Assembly: GCA_003599135.1 (NCBI GenBank)
Contig: QZIV01000007.1
Span: 3,944-67,943, forward strand
Origin: Candidatus Parcubacteria bacterium
GTDB taxonomy: Bacteria > Patescibacteriota > Minisyncoccia > UBA6257 > 2-01-FULL-56-20
Direction of reading: 5' to 3'
Length of the DNA: 64,000 bases
The notes beneath the pieces were generated by a model, which saw only the letters and a program-made list of their open reading frames with translations, ran no database searches and was not told the origin of the DNA. This document shows, piece after piece, positions 48,427 through 58,180 of the stretch. The number at the start of each line of letters is the position of its first letter. Within the stretch, counting starts at the first letter, position 1. The translations under genes and the position numbers were made by a program.

Positions 48427-48846
48427 TCAGAGAAGAAACTTTAAGCCGATGGCGACAATGATCGCCCCGATGATTTTCTTCTGTGGGAAAGGTTCTCCAA
48501 ACAGCCAGGCCGACCCCACAGCTGTTGAAAGCAATTGGACCGAAAGGACGAGGAAAACCAGGCGTCCCAGGTCGGTTTTCTCGGAGATTATCTTTGTGAA
48601 AGCAAGAGTGCCGAAACCGTTGACGAGCCCAGCAGCGAGTGGAATGAGGAGAAGCTGCCATCGGATCCCGGTCGTGTGGTGCGTAGTTTCGGGAATCATC
48701 GTCACGAAGGCCACCCCCGCCGTTGTGATGGAGAGAAGAAATGCCCTCATCGGCGGCGTGAGTTCGCTCGCTTTCATGATCACCGGCCAGGCTCCGAAAC
48801 AGAGCCCGGCGAAAATGCAGGACAAGTACAACCAGTGTGTTTTCAA
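48427..48846 (-). CDS. Small EamA/DMT-like 4-TM membrane protein (ArnE/ArnF- or GtrA-like candidate flippase subunit)
   Basis: 139 aa with four TM helices. The TTG start is preceded by GGAGG at a 6-nt spacing. Confidence 0.45.
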   Translation of the reverse strand: MKTHWLYLSCIFAGLCFGAWPVIMKASELTPPMRAFLLSITTAGVAFVTMIPETTHHTTGIRWQLLLIPLAAGLVNGFGTLAFTKIISEKTDLGRLVFLVLSVQLLSTAVGSAWLFGEPFPQKKIIGAIIVAIGLKFLL

Positions 48847-49036
48847 TTCATGCCTCCAGAGTGAGACTTTGATGCCGTTTTAACTGTATAATCTTTTAAC
48901 TTTTTTGTCAATAAGTAGAAACGAAAACGCCGCAGGTGTAAAACTTTTTTCCTGCGGCGTGCTGTGACGCTCACGATACGGTAATGAATTCGGAGTGATT
49001 TGTCAAACGAAACCGCTGTCTGCTATTTTTATACCC

Positions 49037-49867
49037 ATGACCGGAAAACCGAAAGTTTCTGTTCTTCTTGCGACTTGGAATCGCGCCGGGATGATTTCGC
49101 GCACGATTGAGAGCGTGCGGAATCAGGCGTTCAAGGATTGGGAGCTCGTGATTACGGACGACGGCTCGACCGATGATACGCCGAGTGTTGCGAGGGATTG
49201 GCAGAAAAAAGAGCCGAGGATCGTCTACGTACGAAGTGAGGTAAACCAGGGTATCTCGAAAAACTACAACCAAGGATTCCGCGCGGCGAAGGGGGAGTAT
49301 GTTGCGATGATTGACGACGACGATCCGTGGATTACCCCGGAGAAGCTTGCGAAACAAGTCAGATTTCTCGACGAGCACCCCGACTACGTCGGTTGCGGCG
49401 GAGGGGTAATCGTTGTCGATGACAAAGGAAAAAACATGTACCGATATTTCAAACCCGAAACCGATCGAGAAATCAGAAAGTACATGCTTTTTTCAAACCC
49501 GATGGCGAACTCGACGACGATGTTCCGCTTCGACGTCGCGAAAAAAATCGGTCTCTACGACGAGTCAAACCGCTACGCCGGCGACCGTGATTTTTGGATG
49601 AAGATGGGACTCGAGGGGAAGCTCTATAACTTCCAAGAATATTTCTCCCATTACACGATGGGAGACCAGAACACCTCGATCCTCCGCATGCGCCCGCATC
49701 TCAAGTCATCGCTCACCTTTATGAAGCGTTATCGAGACAAGTATCCGTATTATCCTCTGGCGCTCGTCTTCAACACCGTGCAGTACTGGTACTCGTTTCT
49801 TCCCTTGGCGGTGAAACGCCCTATCCACGCACTGTTGGCTCGCTTGAAACGTCTCGTCGTAAAATAA
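49037..49867 (+). CDS. Glycosyltransferase family 2
   Basis: VSVLLATWNRAGMI, ITDDGSTDDT and DDDD motifs. The ATG at 49037 is preferred over the track's GTG at 48995. Confidence 0.75.
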   Translation: MTGKPKVSVLLATWNRAGMISRTIESVRNQAFKDWELVITDDGSTDDTPSVARDWQKKEPRIVYVRSEVNQGISKNYNQGFRAAKGEYVAMIDDDDPWITPEKLAKQVRFLDEHPDYVGCGGGVIVVDDKGKNMYRYFKPETDREIRKYMLFSNPMANSTTMFRFDVAKKIGLYDESNRYAGDRDFWMKMGLEGKLYNFQEYFSHYTMGDQNTSILRMRPHLKSSLTFMKRYRDKYPYYPLALVFNTVQYWYSFLPLAVKRPIHALLARLKRLVVK

Positions 49868-51323
49868 GGAACAGTTCGCGAAGCAGGGGATCCCGAAGTT
49901 TGAGGAGTAACGAGAGATATGCGATAGCTGCAATCGCCACGATTGCTACGAAGTGCAGGTGAAGCGCGGCGAAAAGTGCCGTGAGGATTCCCACGCCGAG
50001 AGTCGCGAACACCGCGATTTTAAGGTGAGGGAGTACCTCGAATTGGATCAAGCTTCGCGCGGTATGCCATAGATACACGTTGCTTACGAACTGGGCGATA
50101 AGTGTAGCAACGGAGGACCCCGCGATGCCGAAGCGGGGGATGAGGAGAAAGTCCAGGAGAACATTCAGTCCGCCACCGATCGCGGCATACACGATAAGGT
50201 TCTTCTGGCGGTCGTAGGCCACAAGAGCGGAGCTTAATATCACGGCAGGAAAATCAATGAGGATGGTAAGAAGAAGTACTTGGAACGCAATCGTCCCCGG
50301 TGAGAAACTCTCGCCGAAAAGGCCTGCCATAATCGGTTGTCCCAGAATAATTCCCCCGACTGCGGCAGGTAACGCGATTATGAATACGAGACTCACAACT
50401 CGCTCAAGCGCTTCGCGCATTTTGATAGGATCTTTCACGGCGAGGCGCGCGAATGCGGGCAAGGCGCTTGCCGCAACGATACTTGGGATGATGTAGAGAA
50501 GCTGAATGATGCGGTTCGCAGCGGAATAAATACCGACATCCGTTGCGGATTTGAGCCAGCCGATGACGAGTATGTCGGTGTTGATCATAAACATTCCAAG
50601 AAGGCTCGAGATAGCGAACGGCCAACAGGCGCCGAGTATCGGTTTGATGAGGGATGGGTTGAAGTAGGTAAAGACTTTTTTAAAACTGTCGCGGAGAGCG
50701 TAGAACGTTGCCATCATTCCAATTCCGGTTCCTATCGCATACGCGTATGAGAACGACTCTACGGTCCGAGAAAATTGGAGGAACGCAAGGCCGAACGCGA
50801 CAATCCCGAGGTTCGTGAGGAAATACAGGCCCGCCTCCCGCTCCATCTTCTCTGTTGCCTGGATAATTGAGAATCCGAACTGACGAAGTGTGTCGAAGAC
50901 GAGAATGGCGGCAACAATCGGAAAGATCGTTTTTGCCGCAGAGAGCGTGGTAAATCGGGGGACTATAAAGAGCACGATTGCAACCCCGATGACTAGAAGA
51001 CCTAGTTTTAGGAAAAACGAGGTCGAAGTGATTTCAAGGCGCCGCTGTTTTTCGGGAGTTCGCGCTGCTTCCCGGATGAGAATTGCGTTGATGCCGAAGT
51101 CGATAAAGAGCGTGAGTACCGCCACGATGGTTATCGCGTACGAAAATATTCCCCACTGTTCGGCGCCGAGCACTCTTGCGGCATAGATAATAACAATGGC
51201 GCGAAGGAGCCTTCCCCCGACGTTTGAGACCGTGAGCCAAAACGTGTTTTTCGCAACCGTCTGTCGAGTCGTCCGGTTTGTGAGAAGAAATTCCTTTATT
51301 TTCTTAAACATTCGTTTTATCAT
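49821..51323 (-). CDS. wzx: Wzx-type oligosaccharide flippase (MOP/PST superfamily)
   Basis: About 12-14 TM helices and an N-terminal TNRTTRQTVAKNTFWL...IARVLGAEQWG region typical of PST flippases. The start was chosen at Met-100 of the track ORF (MIKRMFKK). Confidence 0.7.
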   Translation of the reverse strand: MIKRMFKKIKEFLLTNRTTRQTVAKNTFWLTVSNVGGRLLRAIVIIYAARVLGAEQWGIFSYAITIVAVLTLFIDFGINAILIREAARTPEKQRRLEITSTSFFLKLGLLVIGVAIVLFIVPRFTTLSAAKTIFPIVAAILVFDTLRQFGFSIIQATEKMEREAGLYFLTNLGIVAFGLAFLQFSRTVESFSYAYAIGTGIGMMATFYALRDSFKKVFTYFNPSLIKPILGACWPFAISSLLGMFMINTDILVIGWLKSATDVGIYSAANRIIQLLYIIPSIVAASALPAFARLAVKDPIKMREALERVVSLVFIIALPAAVGGIILGQPIMAGLFGESFSPGTIAFQVLLLTILIDFPAVILSSALVAYDRQKNLIVYAAIGGGLNVLLDFLLIPRFGIAGSSVATLIAQFVSNVYLWHTARSLIQFEVLPHLKIAVFATLGVGILTALFAALHLHFVAIVAIAAIAYLSLLLKLRDPLLRELFLILRRDVSSEPTVRG

Positions 51324-51365
51324 ATCAGTACCTCGTACGATGTGTAAAATGTTCGCTATCACAGC

Positions 51366-51863
51366 ATGAGAACAAAAAGGGATTTCAAAAAGAAAAGGAA
51401 AAAAGTTGTTGTCGCGGTAAGCGGCGGGTTCGATCCTATTCACGTGGGGCATGTGCGCCTCTTTGAGGCAGCGAAGCGTCTCGGAGACATTCTCGTTGTG
51501 ATTTTGAATAACGACAACTGGCTTAGGAAGAAAAAGAGTCACGTTTTTATGCCGCAAGAAGAGCGGAAGGAGATCATCGAGGGCCTTCGGGCAGTTGACG
51601 GGGTAGTCCTCACGGCTCACCGGCCCAATCCGGCCGATATGAGCGTTTGCCGCGAGCTTCGGAAAATCAAACCGGACGTTTTTGCGCAGGGGGGCGATCG
51701 GAACACGGCTAACATCCCGCCCTGCGAGGTTGAGCTCCAGAGAGATCTCGGATTCCGGATAGTTGAGAACGTCGGCCGAGGAGGAAAGGTTCAGTCAAGC
51801 TCCTGGCTTCTCAGAAAGTATTCCGAGACCGTTTCGAAACGGCGTTCGTCCGGGAAGGCCTAA
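51366..51863 (+). CDS. Cytidylyltransferase-like nucleotidyltransferase (TagD / HldE domain II-like)
   Basis: VSGGFDPIHVGHVRLFEAAKRLGD, an HxGH-type motif of the cytidylyltransferase superfamily, in 165 aa. Confidence 0.55.
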   Translation: MRTKRDFKKKRKKVVVAVSGGFDPIHVGHVRLFEAAKRLGDILVVILNNDNWLRKKKSHVFMPQEERKEIIEGLRAVDGVVLTAHRPNPADMSVCRELRKIKPDVFAQGGDRNTANIPPCEVELQRDLGFRIVENVGRGGKVQSSSWLLRKYSETVSKRRSSGKA

Positions 51864-51865
51864 CC

Positions 51866-52768
51866 TTACCGGGTTATCGCCTCGAGAATTCCTTTACTGA
51901 GACTGACTTTTGGGATCCAACCTAAAGCTTTTCGAGCTCGATTGGCATCAAGCGTTATGTGTTCGACTTCTCCCTCTCGTCGTGGAGCGTAAACGGGAGA
52001 TTGCTTGAACCCTAGGTTTTTTGCGACTTCTTCAAATACCTCCTGATCGCTCGTGTTTTTTCCCGAACCGATGTTATAAATTTCTCTGTTGCCTTTTGAG
52101 AGAGCCTTGAGAGTTGCGCGTGCGACGTCACTTACGTGCACATAATCTCGCGTTTTACTTCCATCCCCGAAAATGGTCGGGCGTTTCTCTCTCCGCATAA
52201 GGCTGGCGAACACCGACACGACCCCCGCTTTCTGCCTCGATCCATATACGTTTGCGTAGCGAAGGATCGTATAGTCGAGCTTATCGACTGTTCCGTGAAA
52301 TCGTACGGCTTCTTCTCCCATGAGTTTTGAAAGGGCGTAAGGGGAAAGCGGGTTGGGAGCAGCATTTTCTTTTACGGGTAGGAGTTTTGGATTCCCGTAA
52401 ATGGAGCCACCGCTCGAGGCGAAGATAATTTTTTTCCGTTTTTCTTTGGACTCTCTGAACGCCACGAGGACGTTTATAGTTCCCAGAACGTTGACGTTGA
52501 ACGTGGGGATCGGATTTCGCATGGATTCGGCTACGTGAACGAGCGCCGCATAATGGCTTACAACGCGGGGACGTTCTTTCTTAAAAATCTTTTTGATGGC
52601 CGTAAGACTTCGGACATCCGCCCGGTAAAACTTCGCTCGAGGATCGAGATTTTTGCGGGAGCCCGTGGAGAGATTGTCGACGACAACAACGCGGTGACCT
52701 GCTCGGAGATAGGCGTCGACAACATGGGAACCGATGAATCCTGCTCCCCCTGTTACTAAAATTTTCAC
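51866..52768 (-). CDS. NAD-dependent epimerase (UDP-hexose 4-epimerase-like)
   Basis: ILVTGGAGFIGSH, YxxxK (YALSK) and ~300 aa (short GalE/WcaG-like). Confidence 0.7.
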   Translation of the reverse strand: MKILVTGGAGFIGSHVVDAYLRAGHRVVVVDNLSTGSRKNLDPRAKFYRADVRSLTAIKKIFKKERPRVVSHYAALVHVAESMRNPIPTFNVNVLGTINVLVAFRESKEKRKKIIFASSGGSIYGNPKLLPVKENAAPNPLSPYALSKLMGEEAVRFHGTVDKLDYTILRYANVYGSRQKAGVVSVFASLMRREKRPTIFGDGSKTRDYVHVSDVARATLKALSKGNREIYNIGSGKNTSDQEVFEEVAKNLGFKQSPVYAPRREGEVEHITLDANRARKALGWIPKVSLSKGILEAITR

Positions 52769-54102
52769 GTTTGATTCACGAAAAACGACTTGAGTGTTTT
52801 GAGAAAAATAGAGATATCGAGTACGACGGAACGGTTTTTTAAGTAATAAATGTCGTGCTGGAGTTTTTCGTACGCATCTTCAACCGATGCTCCGTAGCGA
52901 TAGTTGATTTGAGCCCATCCAGTCACCCCTGGCTTTACGAGATGGCGGATGTCGTAGTAGGGGATTTTCTCTTCGAGGAGTTTTACGAACTCCGGGCGTT
53001 CCGGCCTCGGACCCACAAAAGAAAGCTCATTCTTTATTATGTTAATCAATTGCGGGAGTTCATCGAGGTGGGTGTAGCGCAAGAATCGCCCGAAAGGAGT
53101 TGCTCGCGCGTCATTTGGATCGGCCCATTGAGCCCCGTTTTTTTCGGCATTCATATCCATGGTCCGGAATTTGTAGAGCATGAAACTCCGCCCGCCTCTC
53201 CCGACACGTTCTTGTTTGTAAACTGCCGGCCCGGGGGAAGCGATTTTGACTCCGAGCGCGATGAGAATTTCGAGAGGGAGGAGAGCGATGAAGAGAAAGA
53301 AGGCGATGACGAATTCCAGAGCTCGCTTGAGTTGGTCATAAAACTTTTGCTGTCCGACGAGGTTTTCGAGAAACCACGCTTCCTCAAGGTCGGCGAGGGG
53401 GATTTTTCTAAACACGACTTCGTAGAAATTCGGGAGATCTCGGGCTTCCACTCCGTGGCTCAAGAGTCCATAGAGAGCGCCGGTGAGCCGAGTATCTTTC
53501 TTAAGGTGTCTCGGTATGACGATGAGGTTGATGCCGTGTTCTTTGACGAGTGCGTGAAGATTTGCTTTCCGGGTGTTCGCCGAGTCCTCCTTGAGCCACG
53601 CTTTTATTTCATAGCCAAGCTGGGGATTGAGATTCACGGCGCGCACAACCTCTTCGGCAGTAGGGCCGTTTCCGATGAGAAGGACTTTGTTCGGCGGCTC
53701 GCTCGATCCGATATGTGAATTGAAAAATCGCCGCCATAGGGTTTCGATGACCGCGAAGATGATGATGAAGAGAAACAAGTTTCTCCGAGGGGCGATTCCG
53801 AAGGTCGGGATGAGGTAAAAGAGCGTAATAGTGAGTAAGCCGTTCGTAAAGAGCGCAAGCCACAGCGTTTTTATAAAGTCGATGCCGTTGCGGAGACGCC
53901 GGAGATCGTAAAGGCCGGCAACATAGAAGACAACGACCCAGATGCCGAAAATGACGGTGAACGGCGTTGCATGTGTTTCCGTGAATCCGCGGTACGCATC
54001 GTCTCCGTACCGGATAAATAGGGCGGCAAAAAGAGAGAGATACAACGCCGCAACGTCTCCAGTGAAAAGCACAAGCAACCTTATTTTACTTTGATGCTGC
54101 AT
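52765..54102 (-). CDS. Polyprenyl-phosphate sugar phosphotransferase (WbaP/CpsE-like initiating enzyme)
   Basis: Four N-terminal TM helices and a C-terminal bacterial sugar-transferase domain with LDELPQLINIIKNELSFVGPRPERPEF. Confidence 0.85.
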   Translation of the reverse strand: MQHQSKIRLLVLFTGDVAALYLSLFAALFIRYGDDAYRGFTETHATPFTVIFGIWVVVFYVAGLYDLRRLRNGIDFIKTLWLALFTNGLLTITLFYLIPTFGIAPRRNLFLFIIIFAVIETLWRRFFNSHIGSSEPPNKVLLIGNGPTAEEVVRAVNLNPQLGYEIKAWLKEDSANTRKANLHALVKEHGINLIVIPRHLKKDTRLTGALYGLLSHGVEARDLPNFYEVVFRKIPLADLEEAWFLENLVGQQKFYDQLKRALEFVIAFFLFIALLPLEILIALGVKIASPGPAVYKQERVGRGGRSFMLYKFRTMDMNAEKNGAQWADPNDARATPFGRFLRYTHLDELPQLINIIKNELSFVGPRPERPEFVKLLEEKIPYYDIRHLVKPGVTGWAQINYRYGASVEDAYEKLQHDIYYLKNRSVVLDISIFLKTLKSFFVNQT

Positions 54103-55285
54103 TTCCGGTTTTGTATTTTTTCAATCCTATCGTGCTTTCATAAAAAGACAAGAGTTGGTTAGTGGTGTTCTCTATAGAGTACTCCCGCGCCTTCTCAAGT
54201 GCCTCGAGGTGTTTCTTCTGCCGCAACCGATCGCTTCCGAGAAGTTCGCTTACGCTATGAACGAACGACTCCGTGTTATTTACCATAACTCCTCCGCGGT
54301 TTTTACCGAGCACGTCTTCTACTCCCATTCCCTGTAAGGCGACGACAGGCAAGCCCATCGCCATCGCTTCGAGTATAACAAGGCCCTGTGTTTCTGTAAG
54401 CGACCCGAAGACGAAGATGGAAGCCGCCTTGTAAATCGCAAGAAGTTTTGCTTGGTGTAAAAACCCAAGAAAGATGACGTCCCGACCGATACCGAGTTTT
54501 TGAGTTTTGCTTTCGAGGCGGCCGCGTTCCGGTCCGTCTCCCGCGATGAGGAGTTTTACCGAAGAATGTTTTTTTCGGAGAACGGCAAAGGACTCAATAA
54601 TAAAATCTAGATTCTTTTCTTTGCCAAGTCTGCCTGTGGTTATGAGGAACGGTGCGCCTGGGGCAATCCCGAAGGCTTTTAAAATCGATTCTGGATCTTC
54701 TTGCGCCGCGAGCGCGCGTATCTTTTCCGTACTTACGCCAGTTGGGATTACGGCAATTGGAGTCGCGATACCGTAGCCCTCCAATTTTTCTTTCATTCCG
54801 TGAGACGGGACGACGACGCCGTCATGTTTCGGAACGAACTTTCGCGTTCCCCATATGACGAGTTTCTTGAGTAATTGGGCAGGAAGAAAGGGGACATAGT
54901 GAACGTACTCTTCGAAGAACGTGTGATAGGTATGCACCAGAGGTATGTGGAACTTTTTCCCGACGTGGATGCCCCACAAGCCGAGCGTGGAAGGCGTCTG
55001 GGTATGGATGATGTCGAGTGAAAGCTCAGGGATCATCGCCGTCGAGAAAAAGGGGAGAACCAATCTTGTCTGCTTATCGAAACCGAAGCGGACGGAGGGG
55101 AACTGCCAGATGCCCTCCGAGGGGTTGTGAGTGGAATGAATACTGTGGTTTGGAGCGAAAATAGAGACGAGATGACCTCTTCTTCGGAATTCCGAAGCGA
55201 ATGAGGTGAGAGAAGTGACGACGCCGTTTATCTCGGGCGTGTAGGTATCCGTGAAAATCCCGATATTCATCTCACGACTCTCCAC
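54086..55285 (-). CDS. Glycosyltransferase family 4 (GT-B)
   Basis: Contains the E-x7-E region LEAMAMGLPVVA. Confidence 0.75.
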   Translation of the reverse strand: MESREMNIGIFTDTYTPEINGVVTSLTSFASEFRRRGHLVSIFAPNHSIHSTHNPSEGIWQFPSVRFGFDKQTRLVLPFFSTAMIPELSLDIIHTQTPSTLGLWGIHVGKKFHIPLVHTYHTFFEEYVHYVPFLPAQLLKKLVIWGTRKFVPKHDGVVVPSHGMKEKLEGYGIATPIAVIPTGVSTEKIRALAAQEDPESILKAFGIAPGAPFLITTGRLGKEKNLDFIIESFAVLRKKHSSVKLLIAGDGPERGRLESKTQKLGIGRDVIFLGFLHQAKLLAIYKAASIFVFGSLTETQGLVILEAMAMGLPVVALQGMGVEDVLGKNRGGVMVNNTESFVHSVSELLGSDRLRQKKHLEALEKAREYSIENTTNQLLSFYESTIGLKKYKTGNAASK

Positions 55286-55989
55286 TTTTTAAACGGCGAC
55301 TTGCCGAAAATGAAAACACAGACCCCGCTTACAATCCACTGGAACAGTAATTTCATCCAGCCGGTTGCGCGGGCTCTTCTTCCGCTATGCAAAACACAGA
55401 GAGACGTCTCGACGAGTGTCCGCCCGATTCGCGAGAGTCTATAGAAAAGATCGTTATCCTCCCCCGTTACCAAATCTTCGCGGTATCCGCGGACATTCTT
55501 GAACGCGGCGGCTCGTACGGCCTGGAACTCGCCTGAAGCGTTCCCGACGCGGAGCACGTTGTTCGAGAATACATAGAGTCCGTTTAAGAGTCCGAAAATG
55601 ATTTTGTCTCCGAAGGTTTCAGCTTCTGGGCGTACGCGTATCGGTACTGTAAGCGCCGCTAGTCGTTGGTTAGACTGGAACATTTCCGCTAACTTGCGGA
55701 AAAACTTTTCTGTATCCGGAATCTCAACGTCCGCGTCTATAAATACCAAGAGGTCGCCGCGAGCCTCCGCGGCTCCAAGATTTTTTCCGCGAGCGATATT
55801 CTTTTTTTCCGGCTCCGGGTCAACGACGATCCGGTCCGCGAAGGGTTTTGCCAGTTCGACCGTCTTATCAGAACTTTTTCCGTCGGACACGATGATCTCG
55901 TGCCCGAGTTTTCGGAGCGGCTGGAGACGCCGAAGTGTCTCTTCGATGACCTTTTCTTCGTTCAGGGTGGGAACAATGATCGAGATCAT
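55267..55989 (-). CDS. Glycosyltransferase family 2
   Basis: Contains ISIIVPTLNEEKVI, VSDGKSSDKT and DADV motifs. Confidence 0.75.
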   Translation of the reverse strand: MISIIVPTLNEEKVIEETLRRLQPLRKLGHEIIVSDGKSSDKTVELAKPFADRIVVDPEPEKKNIARGKNLGAAEARGDLLVFIDADVEIPDTEKFFRKLAEMFQSNQRLAALTVPIRVRPEAETFGDKIIFGLLNGLYVFSNNVLRVGNASGEFQAVRAAAFKNVRGYREDLVTGEDNDLFYRLSRIGRTLVETSLCVLHSGRRARATGWMKLLFQWIVSGVCVFIFGKSPFKKWRVVR

Positions 55990-56606
55990 AGTCTTCGCTC
56001 CAAATCTTTTTTCTTGAGGTATCGGCTTATTCCCCAGAATGCTGCGGCGACAATGATAACGAAGGCGATAAGCGATGCAGTCTGCAGTCCCTCGTTGATC
56101 ACGAGATAAAGATTCCCGAAGGAGTACCCTATAAACATAAGAAAGCCGGTCCAGAAAAACTGCCCAACCGCGTTGAAAGCGAGATATTTTTTAAAAGGGA
56201 CCTTCGCTATTCCCGCGGTGATAAGAATGACAAGCGCGAATCCGAGCCCCATCGTGATTTTGGAGAGAAAAAGGATTTTATTTTGATGCTTGTGAAACGC
56301 AGCCTCTGTTTTTAAAACGAGCTCCTCGGTGATGTTGAAATAGCGGCCGTATTTTTTGACAAGGGGGTGGGCGCCGAAGTACCCCACAGCGTACCAGATG
56401 GCGTCGGCGGCAAGATCACCTGCCATAAGAGTAAGGTAGAGGGGCCAGAACTCGAAGTGACCGAGTTTCAAGAAAAATCCGGAGATGGTCATAATCACCG
56501 GCCCCTCGACGATAGCAAGGACAAACGTGAGAACATATTTGTACGGCAAGAGCCACAGAAGGAAAGAAGGAGCCCCGATCATGAATGCCCTCATTATACC
56601 CGACAT
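55986..56606 (-). CDS. DedA-family membrane protein
   Basis: About 200 aa with a TM core and the characteristic G..KF..F...L.G glycine-rich block. Confidence 0.6.
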   Translation of the reverse strand: MSGIMRAFMIGAPSFLLWLLPYKYVLTFVLAIVEGPVIMTISGFFLKLGHFEFWPLYLTLMAGDLAADAIWYAVGYFGAHPLVKKYGRYFNITEELVLKTEAAFHKHQNKILFLSKITMGLGFALVILITAGIAKVPFKKYLAFNAVGQFFWTGFLMFIGYSFGNLYLVINEGLQTASLIAFVIIVAAAFWGISRYLKKKDLERRL

Positions 56607-56657
56607 TCTCCCTCATTTGACAGGCCGAACATTCTTTTGATACGCTTGTAGGAATTT

Positions 56658-57371
56658 GTGATGGAAGAAACCGAATCGATTGTTGAAAAGAAAGGGCGCG
56701 ACAATTTTCTGCCGATAAGCATTCTGGTCGCGGCCGTTTTAATTTCGGGATCGATTCTCTATGCAATCGGGAGAACAGACACCCCTTCTCCTCGGGTGAT
56801 ACCTCCGCCAAACCCGAACGACGCCGCATCTCTCAAGGTTTCAGAGCGAGATGTTATTTTGGGAGACCCGAACGCACCCGTTACCCTCATTGAGTACGGC
56901 GACTATCAGTGCCCGTTCTGCGGTCAGTTTTTCAGTCAGGTGGAAGAACCGCTGCGCGAGGAATACATCAAGACCGGAAAGGTTAAGATGGTCTTCAGGA
57001 ACTTCCAATTTCTGGGGCCGGAGTCCGTTGCCGCGGCAGAAGCGGCCGAGTGCGCGAAAGATCAGAAGCAGTATTGGGCCTATCATGACTCGCTGTATCG
57101 AGAGGAAATTCGCGACGGAGAGGAGCACAACGGAAACTTGAATCGGGATCTCTTTTTGAGCATCGCCGCCGACCTCAAGCTCAATGTATCGGAATTTGTA
57201 AATTGCGTTGATAGCCGGAAGTACGGGGGTCTTATTGAAGAAGATCTCTCCGCTGCGAAGGGCATTGGAGTAAATTCGACGCCGACCACGTTTATAAACG
57301 GCGAAGAGGTGAGAGGTGCTCAGCCGTACAGCGTATTCAAGGCCGTTATCGAAAGGCTGCTTCAGGGATAG
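56658..57371 (+). CDS. DsbA-family thiol:disulfide oxidoreductase with N-terminal membrane anchor
   Basis: An N-terminal TM helix and a thioredoxin-fold CPFC active site. Confidence 0.7.
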   Translation: MMEETESIVEKKGRDNFLPISILVAAVLISGSILYAIGRTDTPSPRVIPPPNPNDAASLKVSERDVILGDPNAPVTLIEYGDYQCPFCGQFFSQVEEPLREEYIKTGKVKMVFRNFQFLGPESVAAAEAAECAKDQKQYWAYHDSLYREEIRDGEEHNGNLNRDLFLSIAADLKLNVSEFVNCVDSRKYGGLIEEDLSAAKGIGVNSTPTTFINGEEVRGAQPYSVFKAVIERLLQG

Positions 57372-57434
57372 TTTCTTCGTTACTTTAGAGAGAGTAGACG
57401 AAAAAAGGGCGATACACATTATTTAAGAAAACAA

Positions 57435-57611
57435 ATGGCATTTACCCAAGACGGCGGGAGTTTCCAGCCACGGAAGATGTTTGACGTCAACGTGCAGTGC
57501 GGCCAGTGCGGTGCGAAGATCGACAAACTTCCTTTTGAGCCGGATCCGAGTCGCTTAAGCAATATTTTGTGCCGAGATTGCTACCGCTCAAAGCGGCAAG
57601 GCCAGCGCTAG
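57435..57611 (+). CDS. Small (58 aa) zinc-ribbon protein, absent from the ORF track because it is under 60 aa
   Basis: ATG...TAG with CGQC and CRDC pairs about 27 aa apart. A strong intrinsic terminator follows immediately. Confidence 0.4.
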   Translation: MAFTQDGGSFQPRKMFDVNVQCGQCGAKIDKLPFEPDPSRLSNILCRDCYRSKRQGQR

Positions 57612-57637
57612 AGGCAAAAGTTATTAGAAGAATGCGG

Positions 57638-57670
57638 GTCAAGCGGCGCTAGCCGCTTGACTTTGTTTTT
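57638..57670 (+). terminator. Rho-independent terminator
   Basis: A perfect 10-bp stem (GTCAAGCGGC/GCCGCTTGAC) with a 4-nt loop is followed by TTTGTTTTT. Confidence 0.65.
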
Positions 57671-57704
57671 GCGAGGAGAGAAAATGAGATAACATACTGA
57701 ATAC

Positions 57705-57890
57705 ATGACCACTCGTTGGATCGAAATCGGGCTGGGAGTTTGGATTATTGTTTCGCCCTGGATCCTCGGGTTTTCGAGCATCTCGATTATGAAGTGGAGC
57801 AACGTGATTGTAGGAATGTGTCTCGTTCTTCTCCATGTTTGGATGATTTTCGGAGAGAAAGGCGATCGGAGTCAGGGAAGCGTACAATAA
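57705..57890 (+). CDS. SPW-repeat small membrane protein
   Basis: 61 aa, two TM helices and a VSPWILGF (SPW) motif. Confidence 0.5.
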   Translation: MTTRWIEIGLGVWIIVSPWILGFSSISIMKWSNVIVGMCLVLLHVWMIFGEKGDRSQGSVQ

Positions 57891-57927
57891 CGAAGGTCGA
57901 AAAACATCGGAAAACAAGCAATATACT

Positions 57928-58164
57928 ATGGCAAACGTTAAAATCTACAGCACCCCAACCTGCGTTTACTGCAAAATGACGAAAGAGTTCTTTGCGAAGA
58001 ACAATATCCAATATCAGGAATTCAACGTTGCAGAAGACGCCAAAGCTCGCGAGGAGATGGTGCAAAAATCGCGTCAGCTCGGCGTGCCGGTGATCGATAT
58101 TGACGGTGCAATCTACGTAGGGTACGACCGGAACGCTCTGGCGAAAGCCCTGAATATTCAGTAG
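57928..58164 (+). CDS. Glutaredoxin / NrdH-like redoxin
   Basis: 78 aa with a CVYC active site near the N-terminus and a thioredoxin-fold pattern. Confidence 0.75.
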   Translation: MANVKIYSTPTCVYCKMTKEFFAKNNIQYQEFNVAEDAKAREEMVQKSRQLGVPVIDIDGAIYVGYDRNALAKALNIQ

Positions 58165-58180
58165 GGAGGATATTTTCGAC

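Noticed and set aside
51366-52768. Interpretation of the 165-aa cytidylyltransferase-like gene plus adjacent epimerase as hldE-II/hldD (ADP-heptose branch)
   Set aside because: The epimerase has UDP-hexose 4-epimerase-like motifs rather than HldD features, and the two genes are convergent rather than co-transcribed. The nucleotidyltransferase call is kept generic.
52855-53718. 287-aa plus-strand ORF opposite the polyprenyl-phosphate sugar phosphotransferase
   Set aside because: Antisense to a gene carrying the diagnostic LDELPQL...GPRP motif.
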